Shown: piece by piece, positions 1 through 12,130 of the stretch
Position numbering within the stretch: the stretch's first letter is position 1
How the letters are laid out: the number at the start of each line of letters is the position of its first letter
Assembly (NCBI GenBank): GCA_951406725.2
Contig: OX597826.1
Coordinates: forward strand, 53,630,001-53,694,000
Direction: 5' to 3'
Origin: Octopus vulgaris
Taxonomy: Eukaryota
Length of the DNA: 64,000 bases
Program-made: the position numbers and the translations under genes
Notes under the pieces: generated by a model
What the model was told of the DNA's origin: nothing
The model's database searches: none
Seen by the model: only the letters and a program-made list of their open reading frames with translations

Positions 1-234
1 CTAAAAAGCAAATGACAGAGACAGACACAAAACTATAGAGACAGAGAGATAAAAGGAATAAATAGATAGAGTGTTACACACATTTAGACAGATAGATGTA
101 ATGAAAGCTCAAACAAAATTTAGATAATATGTTAAAAAGCTGGATAAGAATATAGGGCTTCTAACCCCAAACAAGTTCTAAAACCTCTAGATAACATAGA
201 TTCCTGGAGAAGTAATGTAATTTTAATAACCTAA

Positions 235-697
235 AACCACATGGACTCGGGTTCAGTCCCACTGCGTGGCACCTTAGGCAAGTGTCTTCTACTATAGCCT
301 CGGACCAACCAAAGCCTTGTGAGTGGATTTGGTAGACAGAAACTGAAAGAAGCCCATCGTATATATATATATATATATTATATGTATTATATATTATATA
401 TTATATATATTAAATTTAACAATTAAGGATAACTTCTTAATAAGGAATCTTAACAAGAAATTAAAAGAAAAAAATTATTTTCGAATTCTTTTCTATTATA
501 TATATTATATATATATATGTATTTGTGTGTATACGTTTGTGTGCTTACGTCCCTGTAACTTAGTGGTTCGGCAAAAGAGACTGATAGAATAAGTACTAGG
601 CTTCCAAAGAATAAGTCTTGGGGTTGATTTGCTTGACTAAAGGCAGTGCTCCAGCATGGCCACAGTCAAATGACTGAAACAAGTAAAAGAGTAAAAA
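235..697 (+). mobile_element. SINE family A, 5'-truncated, expanded AT-rich middle
   Basis: Matches 54306-54712 from aaccacatgg to gaaacaagtaaaagagtaaaa. Confidence 0.8.
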
Positions 698-834
698 GAT
701 AGTATTCATCTGGTCCAGAAGTGGGGGAATCATTTTAGTCCCAGGAGCTTACTGCAAAGACAGAAGACCCTGATGGAGTGCATCACTACTGAGAAAATTA
801 ATGAGTTCCTTTTAGTTTATAAATTTATAAATAC

Positions 835-1215
835 TTGTCTTTTATCTTTTATTTGTTTCATTAATTAGACTGTGGCCATGCTGGGGCACTGCTTTGAACA
901 ATTTTTTTTGTCAAATTTATCGACCCCAGTAGTTATTTTATTGGTCTTTTTTGCTGAACTGCTAAGTTATGGGGATGTAAACTTACCAGCACCAGTTGTG
1001 AAGCAGTGGAAGGGGACAAACAATGACACAAAAGCACACACACACACAATTGAAGGGTTTCTGTCAGTTTCCATCTACCATATCCACTCACAAAGCTTTG
1101 GTCAGCCCAAGGCTATAGCAGAAGACACTTGTGCAAGGTGCCATGCAGTGGGATTGAACATGGAACCTTGTGGTTGGGAAGCAAGCTTCTTACCACACAG
1201 CCCTGCTTGTGCCTA
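835..1215 (-). mobile_element. SINE family A
   Basis: Reverse complement of the family; explains ORF 872-1222. Confidence 0.8.
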
Positions 1216-1627
1216 TGAATAACTTATATTAAATTTCTGTTTCATTTTTAAGGTTCTAAATTTGAATGTGTATAAAACTTTGCCTGCAGGTGAGACGTTT
1301 CTTTTCATGATTTAGGTTATACAAATGATGAGGAAACCAACAATAACACAGGCAAGCTTTATTTTATTTTTTTTATCAGTTCCAGTCACTGGAGAGCAGT
1401 TAGGCTTGGGTTTCCTCCTTGAAGGGCTTAGCTGAACAAATTGACCCCAGAACTTATTTTTTTAAGTCTGGTACTCATTCTGTTGGTCTTAGCATTCTAA
1501 ACTGTGATAATTCCATAATGAGCAAAAAAAAAAAGAAAAAGAAAGAAAAAACCCACATGTCAGCTTTTTATGTTTGGTAGTGATGAAACACATCAGGTGA
1601 TCTTAGCCTGACATAAACTGACATAAA

Positions 1628-1856
1628 GGCGGCGAGGTGGCAGAAACGGTAGCACGCCGGGCGAAATGGTAGCCGTATTTCATCTGCCGTTACGTTCTGA
1701 GTTCAAATTCCGCCGAGGTTGACTTTGTCTTTCATCCTTTCGGGGTCGATAAATTAAGTACCAGTTACGTACTGGGGTCGATGGAATCGACTTAATCCCT
1801 TTATCTGTCCTTGTTTGTCCCATCTATGTTTAGCCCCTTGTGGGTAGTAAAAAAAT
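1628..1856 (+). mobile_element. SINE family B (~230 bp), young copy
   Basis: Head ggcggcgaggtggcagaaacg, B-box-like gagttcaaattcc, TSD ataaactga(c/t)ataaa. Confidence 0.85.
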
Positions 1857-3048
1857 ATAAACTGATATAAATTGAAATAGAAGCAAAAAGGAGATCCATC
1901 ATTGGTGGAAGATAGCAGAGGTTCAAGAGGGAGACAGATGGATACAGAGTCTTCATAGTTAGCCATGCCACTTGACATTGGGTTAAAAGACAATTTCACC
2001 AAATATGAAGACTTACATTTTTTTCCCTCTCTCCATACATAATTCACACACCTGGCATTTAGCTCAACAGCTTTTGGCAAGTAACCTTTGTAACATCATT
2101 ATAGAAATAAATGTGATTCATTGAAAATTTACATATTGTGATTTAGTTTCATAAGGGAAACAACACACAGCCTGAATAAATATACAGCACCAAACTAGTA
2201 TAGTTCACAGTGTCCTTTGCCAACCCATCACATTACAGGGGTGTAAACAAACCAACACCAGTTGTCAAGCAATGATGGGAAGATTAACACACACACACAC
2301 ACACACATAACTGACTTCCACACAGGTTCTGACTTCTAAATTCACTCATAAGGTTATAATAGAAGACACTTGTCCAAGATACTGCACAGTGGAACTGAAC
2401 CCAAAGCCAACTGAATGCTAAGCAAACTTCTTAACCACACAGCCATGTCTGTGCCTATATGATATTAAACAGACAATAAAGATATCACCTTTGCCTGATT
2501 TAATTCTCGTATCTCTTGCATTCAATGTCACTTTACTTTATAAAAACAATCAATGTAAGACGATGTTTACAGCTTGAGGAGATGAGCAGAAGTAAAGGAA
2601 TTAAAGATCAGGAAGAATTGAAGATTTAAAGTAAAACATATATAGTATAGTAAGATGTGGTAAGGCAAGAAATTCTAATTAATTCTAACCTTAGTGATGA
2701 GAAAAAAAAAATCATTATCCAAATGAGAAATTGTGGTAAAAAAAAAGCATGAGAAACAATCCAGTATTTAAACTCTGTGTGTCTACAGGTGTGTATATGT
2801 GTTGCACAAACACCACACACACTTCTTTTATTCTTTTACATGTTTCAGACATTTGACTATGACCATGCTGGAGCAACACTTGAAATGGTTTTAGTTGAAG
2901 AAATCAACCCCAGGACTCCTTCTTTCTAAGCCTAGTACTTATTCTATTGGATTCTTTTGCTGAACTGCTAAGTTACAGGGATGTAAACATACCAACATCG
3001 ATTGTCAAGGGATGGTAAGGGGACAAACAGACACAAACACACACACAT

Positions 3049-3102
<54 letters not shown>

Positions 3103-3277
3103 TGTCAATTGTGGAACACAATTGTAACTACATAAACCTAATGATTACGTAATGTATGAAAATACTAGTTTAGTTCAATATTGTAAAATTGTAAAAATAG
3201 CAAATAATAAAATGTAAAAATCAGACTAAGTTGGAAATTCATTGATTGATATATTGTTCTATACACAATCATACATA

Positions 3278-3824
3278 CTAGGATATATACATAGATACGA
3301 GCAAAACGACATACCCCCCCTCGTCCAATGGATGGTGCTGAGTTGTCAAACATTTAAACCAAATTTTCTCAAAACAACTTGTCTGACCGTCCCATAGGCT
3401 TCCCCTTTGAGATTTTTCATGAAAAGCAACAACCTAGGGAACTAAGAAACCAAATAGTCTTTCCTTCCTTCATGCCAAGTTTGAAGAAAATATCTCTTTT
3501 GCATCTTACTTTTTTGGTCTCTTAAATATACTGCATTTTGTGGTATTATTTCAAGCCAGCCAGTTCTTTTTGTGCAAACTGCACATGCATTTTTCTCGCA
3601 TATGCGTAGCATCAATCACAACAGCTGATGTACTTGTGTATACAAATGCATGTTCCCACGGCTTTATCGATCGCATTCTCACCTGGAATCGATTTTTTCA
3701 AGACTTATACATGCCCCGATACCGTCGGTATCTACATATCAAATTTGAGCGCAATCGGATGGAGGATGCTTGAGATCCTAGAAGACACACACACAGACAG
3801 ACAGAAGAGATTTTATATAATAGA
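3278..3824 (-). mobile_element. Non-autonomous Helitron-like element
   Basis: Minus strand begins A|TCTATTATATAAAA followed by (ctgt)n and ends with an acgag..ctcgt hairpin then CTAG|T. An alternative CTAG end exists at 3166. Confidence 0.55.
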
Positions 3825-4408
3825 TATTGCACATACACAAATGGTGTTTATGTCTGCTAGTGACTACATAGGCACTTGAATATAGATGGCAGTACATGGT
3901 ATGGTTGATCTTTAGCAGTATAGTGATAACTTTGGCCATGGTTCAATCTTATTAAACCTCATACCCAAAGTCTAGTCTAACCAATACTACACATTTCAGT
4001 ATAAACAAGAGAGATAAGGTTACTTTAAGAGCTACATCTTTTTCATGTTGTCACAGCTTTGATTTAACATGTTGTTTTCCCATACGTGCATACCACCATG
4101 ATTTTGCAAGGTCATTGACCACAAAAGACTGAAAATTAATTTAATAACATTGATTGAAACCAAAGCCTGAGGTGAGTTAAACCAGATATTGATTCTTGAT
4201 CGGAAAATGCGACATCTATCAAATAGGATTTCCTGAAATTATTGGTTTGGTTGGTTTTACTCATGTTGGAGCAACAACAACAACAGCAACAGAATGAAAT
4301 TAAATAAAAATAAAGCAATAGTTTAAAAGGAAAGAGAAATTGAAACGAATATTTCTTTTAAAGTCATTTAGTCTACAATGGTAAAGTAAAATTTAAACAT
4401 ACACTTGG

Positions 4409-4441
<33 letters not shown>

Positions 4442-4537
4442 TACAGAGACACACATGAGTACAGGTAAGTATGTAGTCACGAATGTTTGTATTGACTCAT
4501 CTATATACATATACGTGTGGTATGCAGTACGTGTGTT

Positions 4538-4605
<68 letters not shown>

Positions 4606-4672
4606 AGTACTTGAAAACATATGATGTTGTGTGTATTGAGAAAGAGAGCAAACAAAATAAATTTTATATGCT

Positions 4673-4714
<42 letters not shown>

Positions 4715-4744
4715 AACAAATGTACAAGTTTCTATCTATCTATC

Positions 4745-4795
<51 letters not shown>

Positions 4796-5674
4796 ACATG
4801 CATACAAAACTTTACACTTGTATATATATACACATACATACATAAAAAAATACATATAAATTTATAAATATACGCATGTACGTATCTATAAAAATGCTCA
4901 GATCTGCAGGGTGTGTGTTTGTGTAGAGGTGACAGAAAGAAGAAACCAGTAGCTACAGTTAAGTTGCTGTCAGCTGTGATAGACAGGAAGGATTTGATCT
5001 ATAACACTGCTCTGTTCAGTAGGTGATTCCATTTATAGAAAGTGCACCTCATCTAGCACAATATCAAATGTCTTTTCAAAATCTATAAAATGCTGCACAC
5101 CTCAAACAACTGCTTCTCTCTGACTTCTCATTTCAAAATCAAAATCAAACTCAAAGCAAGAGATCATCTTGGTGACATACACTTCTTCCTTCCTTTTCAA
5201 AAAAATCTACCTAGTTGTTTGCATTTTATTTATTATTAGTATTTTTTTTCTTCTTTTGCCTCAATACTAAAAAAAAAATGAACAGAATGTATTTTTGAAA
5301 TTTAAAAAAAAACAAAATGATTTTTGTTTTTTGGTTTTTCTTGGTCCTGTCTTTCAGCTACTCTCTGTGAAGAATGAATGCAGTTGTTGATGTGTGGTGC
5401 TGGTAGGTGTTTTAAATTTCACGAAAGTTTAAAATTAGAAAGTATTAACACATACAGTAGTAAATACTAAATGTGACCATTGACTGTAGTACTGAGACTT
5501 ATAAACTGCTTGCTTGAGCAAATGTAGAGTTGAAAACACCACATACCAAATACCTATTTCTTTACTACCCATAAGGTGCTAAACACAGAAGGGACAAACA
5601 AGGACAGACAAATGGATTAAGTCGATTATATCAACTCCGATGCGTAACTGCTACTTATTTAATCAATCCCGAAA

Positions 5675-6060
5675 TACCAGTGTGTTTCAGGGGTCACCAG
5701 GAAAGAATGTACACTGCCCTTAACTCCTTATATGAGGCCTATTAGTCTGACTGACTAGTATCTCAGCTCAAATCCATTTTAGGATCATTGTTTCTTCAGC
5801 CAGGTTTTATCATTTCTTTTCAGTCATATCCATTGGTTGGCTCTCTTAACTGTCATCTGGATGCCTTTCAAGATGTCACTTGCTTACTGATGTTTAATGC
5901 CAGTTGATAGCAGTCTCTGTCTCAGCCTGGTTCCAATAAAACCCCCTACATCCAACTTCTATGGGGAAGTGTATAGCACTCCAACTAGCACCTATATGGT
6001 CTCCTAGTTGCATCTCATAAGACTTGTCTTTCCTAACCTGAGCTGTATCTATATTGTCTT
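5675..6060 (-). mobile_element. HERO-clade (RLE-type) non-LTR retrotransposon 3' remnant
   Basis: Minus-strand translation DNIDTAQVRKDKSYEMQLGDHIGASWSAIHFPIEVGCRGF/[fs]IGTRLRQRLL...KRANQWI*LKR matches the HERO endonuclease C-terminus (RK..KY, PIEVGCRGF, WIWLKR). Contains a frameshift and stops. Confidence 0.75.
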
Positions 6061-6107
6061 AACTAAATAATGTACAGGCATATGCTGAATTAAAATAATA
6101 ATGTACA

Positions 6108-6530
6108 TAAGTAGAAGTGGCTGTGTAGTAAGTAGCTTGCTTACCAACCACATGGTTCTGGGTTCAGTTCCACTGTGTGGCACCTTGGGCAAGTATCTTC
6201 TACTATAGCCTCGGGCCAACCAAAGCCTTGTGAGTGGATTTGGTAGACGGAAACTGAAAGAAGCCCATCATATATGAGTGTGCATATATATATATGTATG
6301 TATGCGTGTGCATATGTTTGTGTGTCTGTGTTTGTCTCCCTAACATTGCTTGACAACCGATGGTGGTGTGTTTACGTCCCCGTAACTTAGCAGTTTGGCA
6401 AAAGAGACCAATAGAATATGTACTAGGCTTACAAAGAATAAGTCCTGGGGTCGATTTGCTTGACTAAAGGCAGTGCTCCAGCATGGCCACAGTCAAATGA
6501 CTAAAAACAAGTAAAAGAGTAAAAGAGAGT
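6108..6530 (+). mobile_element. SINE family A, full length
   Basis: Colinear with 54306-54712. Confidence 0.85.
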
Positions 6531-6959
6531 AAGTACATTAATAAGCTTATGAGTCAGTACTCAGCCTTACTTGTATTAGCATTGAGATTCATTTACTTTT
6601 TAAAGTTATCTTTACTGATTTTCTATAGAAAATCTATGGCGATAATTTTAAGACATATATAATATACCACTGCCCTACATACATATGTTCATATACTGTT
6701 AGTTGGATAGCACAGATGAGGAACTTGATCAGTGGAATGAGACAATTAGGCACAGCTGTTTGGATATTGGCAATTTGATATGACTGACTGGGCTATATGT
6801 CCCTATGACTAAATGGATTATGGGATTCACTAGAAATTGATTGATGCATAAAGAAAACTTGACGAAAGCAAATAATTTTTGTTTTATAAGGAAACAATTT
6901 AATCAAACACCAGAAAAGAGTTGTGTGTGAGTGTGTGCGTGAGAGAGAGAGAAAGAAGG

Positions 6960-6963
<4 letters not shown>

Positions 6964-7036
<73 letters not shown>
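6964..7036. repeat. (AG)n microsatellite
   Basis: Direct inspection; one of dozens of (TA)n, (CA)n, (AG)n, (GAT)n, (GGT)n and (TAC)n tracts. Confidence 0.95.
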
Positions 7037-7038
<2 letters not shown>

Positions 7039-7206
7039 AGAACAGATTTCCAGAATATTCTAAGGAAAAATATGAAGAGAAAAATGATTCTGCAAATCTT
7101 GATGGAGTCTAAGTAAGCCAGAATATAAAGTCACTTTACCTTATATATATATATATATATATATATGGATATATATACATATATATATATATATAGATAT
7201 ATATAC

Positions 7207-7243
<37 letters not shown>

Positions 7244-7841
7244 CATATAATCAGCCAAAATTGTGAAGATAATCTGGTATTTGACTGAGGAAAGAAAATT
7301 TAGAATGACCCGTCCTTGTTTTCTTTGTATTGTCTATCTGGATGCTTTGTTGTCCCATTTTTGTATCACCTAACTGTCCGGATGTTTTGCGTTCTTGTCC
7401 CATTTTGTATTATATATATATATATATATATTGATAGTTATATAGTTATATGTGATTAGGCACATTTAAATAATGAAACACAAAATTAACACCTTTACTA
7501 GGCTATGCAAACAACAGAATGGAACAACTGACCCCCACCATTTCTAGTTACTCGGTCCTTGCAAAACCAGAGTATAACCACAGACATGACTGTCCTGGCA
7601 GTTATGAACTGTTAGTAATCCGCTAAGACTTCAATATGTAAACAGAGAACTGGTAGAGGAATATACCAAATTTGGCCAGACTTATTTGGGATATTGCTTG
7701 TGCAGACTTACATGTAGCGCAAGGTAAACCATCCAGAGATAACTACCAAGGAGAAGAGCAAAAATCTCTTTTCTCTGATAGATATCTCGATCCTTCTCAA
7801 CCAGTTTATTTGCCAGAATGGCATTGTGAAACTAATGTTAA

Positions 7842-8082
7842 CCTTTTTTGTGCTAGATGAGGTGCACTTTTTGCATTTTTATCGAAATACACTTCGCTTT
7901 GTTTCAATTAATTTTCAAATTAATGAAGAATCTAGTGAAGTAATTTAGTTATTATTAAGCTGGTATTTTGAATTAAATTCACTTAAATTTATAATGTAAG
8001 AGTTTAATTTAATTCACTTTAAAACAAGAAGTGTGTATCTTAGAACCAGGTGCAGTCTCAGGTAAGTTTGTAGCAAAATGGG
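7842..8082. mobile_element. Second, older TTAA-type MITE family
   Basis: ttaa-ccttttttgtgcta ... tagcaaaatggg-ttat imperfect TIRs. Confidence 0.4.
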
Positions 8083-8145
8083 TTATGATGGAAAACAAGC
8101 AGAATGTGTAGTGGGAAAGCAATATCAATAATAATTAGAGGACTA

Positions 8146-8826
8146 AAGGTGGCAAGCTGGCAGAAATGTTAGCACGTCAGGTGAAATGCTTAGCAGTATT
8201 TTGTCTGCCACTACATTCTGAGTTCAAATTCTGCCAAGGTTGGCTTTGCCTTTCATCCTTTGGGGGGAGGGGGGTCGATAAATTGAGTACCAGTTGCATA
8301 CTGGGGCCAATCTAATTGGCTGTCCCCCTCCTCAAAAATTTTGGGCCTTGTGCCTAGAGTAGAAAAGAATATTTGTTTTTTCGAAGGCAGTGAGCTGGCA
8401 GAAGTGTTAGCATGCCAGGCGAAATACTTGGTGGTATTTCATCTGCCACTACATTCTGAGTTCAAATTCTGCCAAGGTCAACTTTACCTTTCATTGTTTT
8501 GGGGTCGCTAAATTGAGTACCAGTTGTGTACTGGTGTCAATCTAATCGACTGGCCCTCTCCCCCAAATTTCAGGCCTTGTGCTTAGAGTAGAAAAGAATA
8601 TTTGTTTTTTCAAAGGGGTCAAGCTGGCAGAAGCGTTAGCATGCCAGGTGAAATGCTTAGCAGTATTTTGTCTGCCGCTACATTCTGAGTTCAAGTTCTG
8701 CCAAGGTCGACTTTGCCTTTCATTCTTTCAGGGGCAATAAATTAAGTACCAGTTGCATATTAGCATCAATATAATTGACTGGCTCCCTCCCCCAAAATTT
8801 TGGGCCTTGTGCCTAGAGTAGAAAAG
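8146..8826 (+). mobile_element. SINE family B head-to-tail trimer under one 16-bp TSD
   Basis: Units start at 8146, 8384 and ~8613; linker atttgttttttc; TSD aataattagaggacta at 8130-8145 and 8827-8842. Confidence 0.85.
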
Positions 8827-9711
8827 AATAATTAGAGGACTAGGTCTGGTAAAAAAAAAAGCCCCATAAAACTTATGGTAGGGCGCACAATCCCACAAAA
8901 TAACCCTGTTAGGTAGAACCCCTATTCTATGCAAAATGTTTTCCGTTGACTAACATAATTCTCACAGTTAAAATTTCTGCACAACCCATGCAACATATTT
9001 ACTATACAACTGTCACATGATAAAATAACACAACTCACGCAAAATATATTACACATTGACTAACATAATCAATACTCGATACTATAACATATCCAACACA
9101 CCATCAAGAACTCATGTTCTGCAGGTGTGTCATCCAATAACCTACACAGCACCTGACACTAAAACACATAATACAACCCACATAATCACAAATGAAACAT
9201 AATCAACAGCTAACAAAATGACACATCTCTTGTTTCCCATATTCTACGTAACAAACACTAAAATTACACCAGGAACAGCAAAACAAAAACAGATGTAACA
9301 CACAGACACAGAAGGAACAAAGAGGGAACACAGGGGGAAAACCTGGTGAGCAGTAAAAATTGCATGGATCTGGTGAAAACATGATAATAATGATGGTGAT
9401 GATTGTAATGATGGTGGTGGTGATGGTGATGATAAAAATGATGGTAATGATGTAGGTGGTGTGTGGTGGTGGTGGTGGTGGTGGTGGTGGTACTGCTGCT
9501 ACTGATGATGATTGTCATTTGTATTATGAGTAAAATTATGCAGGTAAAGACTATATGAAAACCAATGAAATGGATTATATCCAGTTTTGTTATATACAGA
9601 GTCATGTTTATCCTGACTGAGGATTGATTATACTAAGGGTATAAGCATTTATGGATTATTCAGCCAAGTACTCAGTAATTTAGTGAGTAATTGGCTCCTC
9701 TGATCAAGCAG

Positions 9712-10090
9712 ACAGAAAAGATGTGGTACATGCATATAGCAAAAAGGGAGACTGACAAAATGACTATAGCCTGGGATATAGTATATTTCTTTAATCTACA
9801 CAAACAAAGAGATCATGATGAATTTAAATTATCCAGATACTGTTGTTGAACACTGCCAGGAAAAGAAGTGCTTTCTGATTAAAGCATCAGCCCAAGAAGA
9901 TGCTAATGTAACTCTAAATGAAATGGAGAAATTATTCAATTATATAAATCTTGAAATAGAGATAACCAGAATGTGAGGATTGATAACGAAGAGAATCCCT
10001 ATAATAAATAAGTACTTTGGGAATGATTAAAAGGGATGTAGACAAATGCTACTATCACCTCCAGCACATGTACTCATACAGGTGTTAGAA
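9712..10090 (+). mobile_element. R4/Dong-clade (RLE-type) non-LTR retrotransposon remnant
   Basis: Translation TEKMWYMH...TIAWDI..IYTNKEIMMN..YPDTVVEHCQEKKCFLIKASAQEDANVTLNEMEKLFNYINLEIEITRM*G...PII..LGMIKR...AHVLIQVL follows the R4 pattern WYEH..ILWD..ANRPDIV..CLID..D.N...E.EK..Y..L.IEI.RMW..AHILR.VL. Confidence 0.7.
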
Positions 10091-11929
10091 AGTCAAACAA
10101 AATACCTTGTGGTATTTGCGCCACCTTTCAATACTCTGAGCTCAAATCCTTGCAAGTTCACTGTTCCTTTCTATCTTTTTGGGGGCTGATAAATTGAGTA
10201 CTAGTCCAGAATAACAAATCAACAGAATTGTAAGAACACAAGATGAGATGCTTTGCAGTCTCTGCACCAACTCTCGTTCTGATGGAAATAACAAGGACGA
10301 TACAAGTGCCATATTTGTTTTCAAGCCACCATTGTTTTCCAAGAAAAGAGTATTGCTTGACATTAAAAGAGGATACATATGTATGAGCAACTGGTATTCT
10401 TCCATAAAACATCTTGCCTAGGCCTGTGTCTACAACAAATGCACAAAGGTCATTGATGCATGTATGCCTCTAGTTTTCATTATATATCAGGGAAGGCAAG
10501 CTAGCAGAATTGTTAAATCAGTGGAAAAAATTGCTTTATGATATTTCTCCTACTCATTATGTTCTGAGCTGAAATTCCACTGGGGTTCACTTTGCCTTTC
10601 ATCTTTTTTTTTGGGGGGTGTCATCTTTTTGGTTAAATACTGTGGTTATGTAATTGATGGTGAGCTGGCAGAATCGCTACCACACTGGACAACATGCTTA
10701 GCAGCATTTCATCTGTGTTTATATTCTGAGTTCAAATCCTGCTGAGGTTGGCTTTGCTTTTCATTCTTTCAGGGTCGATAAAATAAGTACCAGTTGAACA
10801 CAGTGGTCAATTTCCTTCAAAATTGTTGGCCTTGTGCGGAAATTTGAATTCAATGTTAACGACTACCTTTCCTCAAAATTGTTGGTCTTATGTTAAAATT
10901 TGAAATCATTATATATCAAGGATGGACGTAAACATTGGAAACAAAAGCCTGGTGTTTTTTTAACAAAATCCTCTAAGTTCTCTTGCCCTCGGAAATACAG
11001 TGAACCAGAGATTACCTCATTGGGAATCAGTAAACAAAGGCATTATTATTTCTAGACTGTGATATGCAATAAATAACAATAAAGAGTATTAAATATGTAG
11101 AATTAGAAGCTAAAGAAGAAACTGCACCCCCTCCACCAATAAATCTAGAATTTTTTTTTTCAAACCAGCATAAAATAAACAGTAAATCTAAAAGAAGGAA
11201 TAAGTACTCTAAAAGAAGAAATAAGTAGTAAATAAAATAATTTTATGAAAATATTTGTGATAATACTTTTTTCTTCCTCTGAATGCTGTCATTTTTAATC
11301 TATCAAAATCTTCCCCAGTCTTCATCCAAAAATATCTTCAATCTTAAAAAAAAACTGAATCATTATAGGAAAATTCTGACTAAAATACAACACACAGCTG
11401 ATTATTACCCACCATGCTGTTTAAGTAGTCTTGATGTATAATTTATTCTGAAAACAATCACATACAAACTTCAAACAATATGTATTTTTTTGTTGTTTTT
11501 TTTTTTTTGCTATTTATTTTCTTTAGCAGACAGAATGTTATAAAATCATAGCAAATTCAGTTCCAAAGATAACAATAAGAGAAAAGACAAAGAATGCAAC
11601 AAGAACAGCAATAACAAAAAAAAAAAAAAAAAATATAGTAAAGAAAACTGTTGGTGGTTAAATATAAAACAATTATAAGTTTAAAGACTCCTCAGAATGA
11701 TAAACACAATAACTGTGAAAATATCCCATCGGGAAATAAGAATGGACAAAAGAATCCATGAAATGCAGAGAATGTAAACATGGTCACTATAATAATAACA
11801 AAATGTTAGTGCAATGATGATGATGATGATTTCTTAGACTGATATTGGCATTACAGAATTCATACTCAAGCAAATCTTTTATCTGATCTTATCTTATAAC
11901 ATTATCCAATCTATTAATAGTTACTTGTT

Positions 11930-12130
11930 TAGACCCTACGTCAGGCCCTGATCAAGCAGACCTATGATAAAAGGCAACCCAGCCACGATAATTCTGTCTT
12001 TCTTTTCAGGCATAGTGTGTCTAAGGCTACATTATCCGATGTGTCTTTTATATTTAAGACAACGAGGTTTAATTTGAGGAAGAGATGGTTGTTATATCTA
12101 GTAGGTGGAGTGACCACAAGAGGTCTTAAT
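11930..12130 (+). repeat. Old interspersed repeat family D
   Basis: ccctgatcaagcagacctatgat..aaagg...gatttggctgctatttctag shared with about 16050-16215(-), 17050-17230, 17290-17475, 63170-63330 and 63940-64000. Confidence 0.6.

Noticed and set aside
872-1222. Recurrent ORF motif LSVSVYQIHSQGFG..EDTCPRCH..LNPEPCGW in about 10 ORFs
   Set aside because: It is the antisense reading of SINE family A, not a protein family.
1286-1340. GAAACGUC hammerhead-like half on the minus strand
   Set aside because: No CUGANGA box or stems upstream.
5358-5402. Plus-strand exon-like segment (tttcag|45 nt|gtaggt)
   Set aside because: Stops in all three frames and no partner exons; it could be a non-coding exon but cannot be supported.
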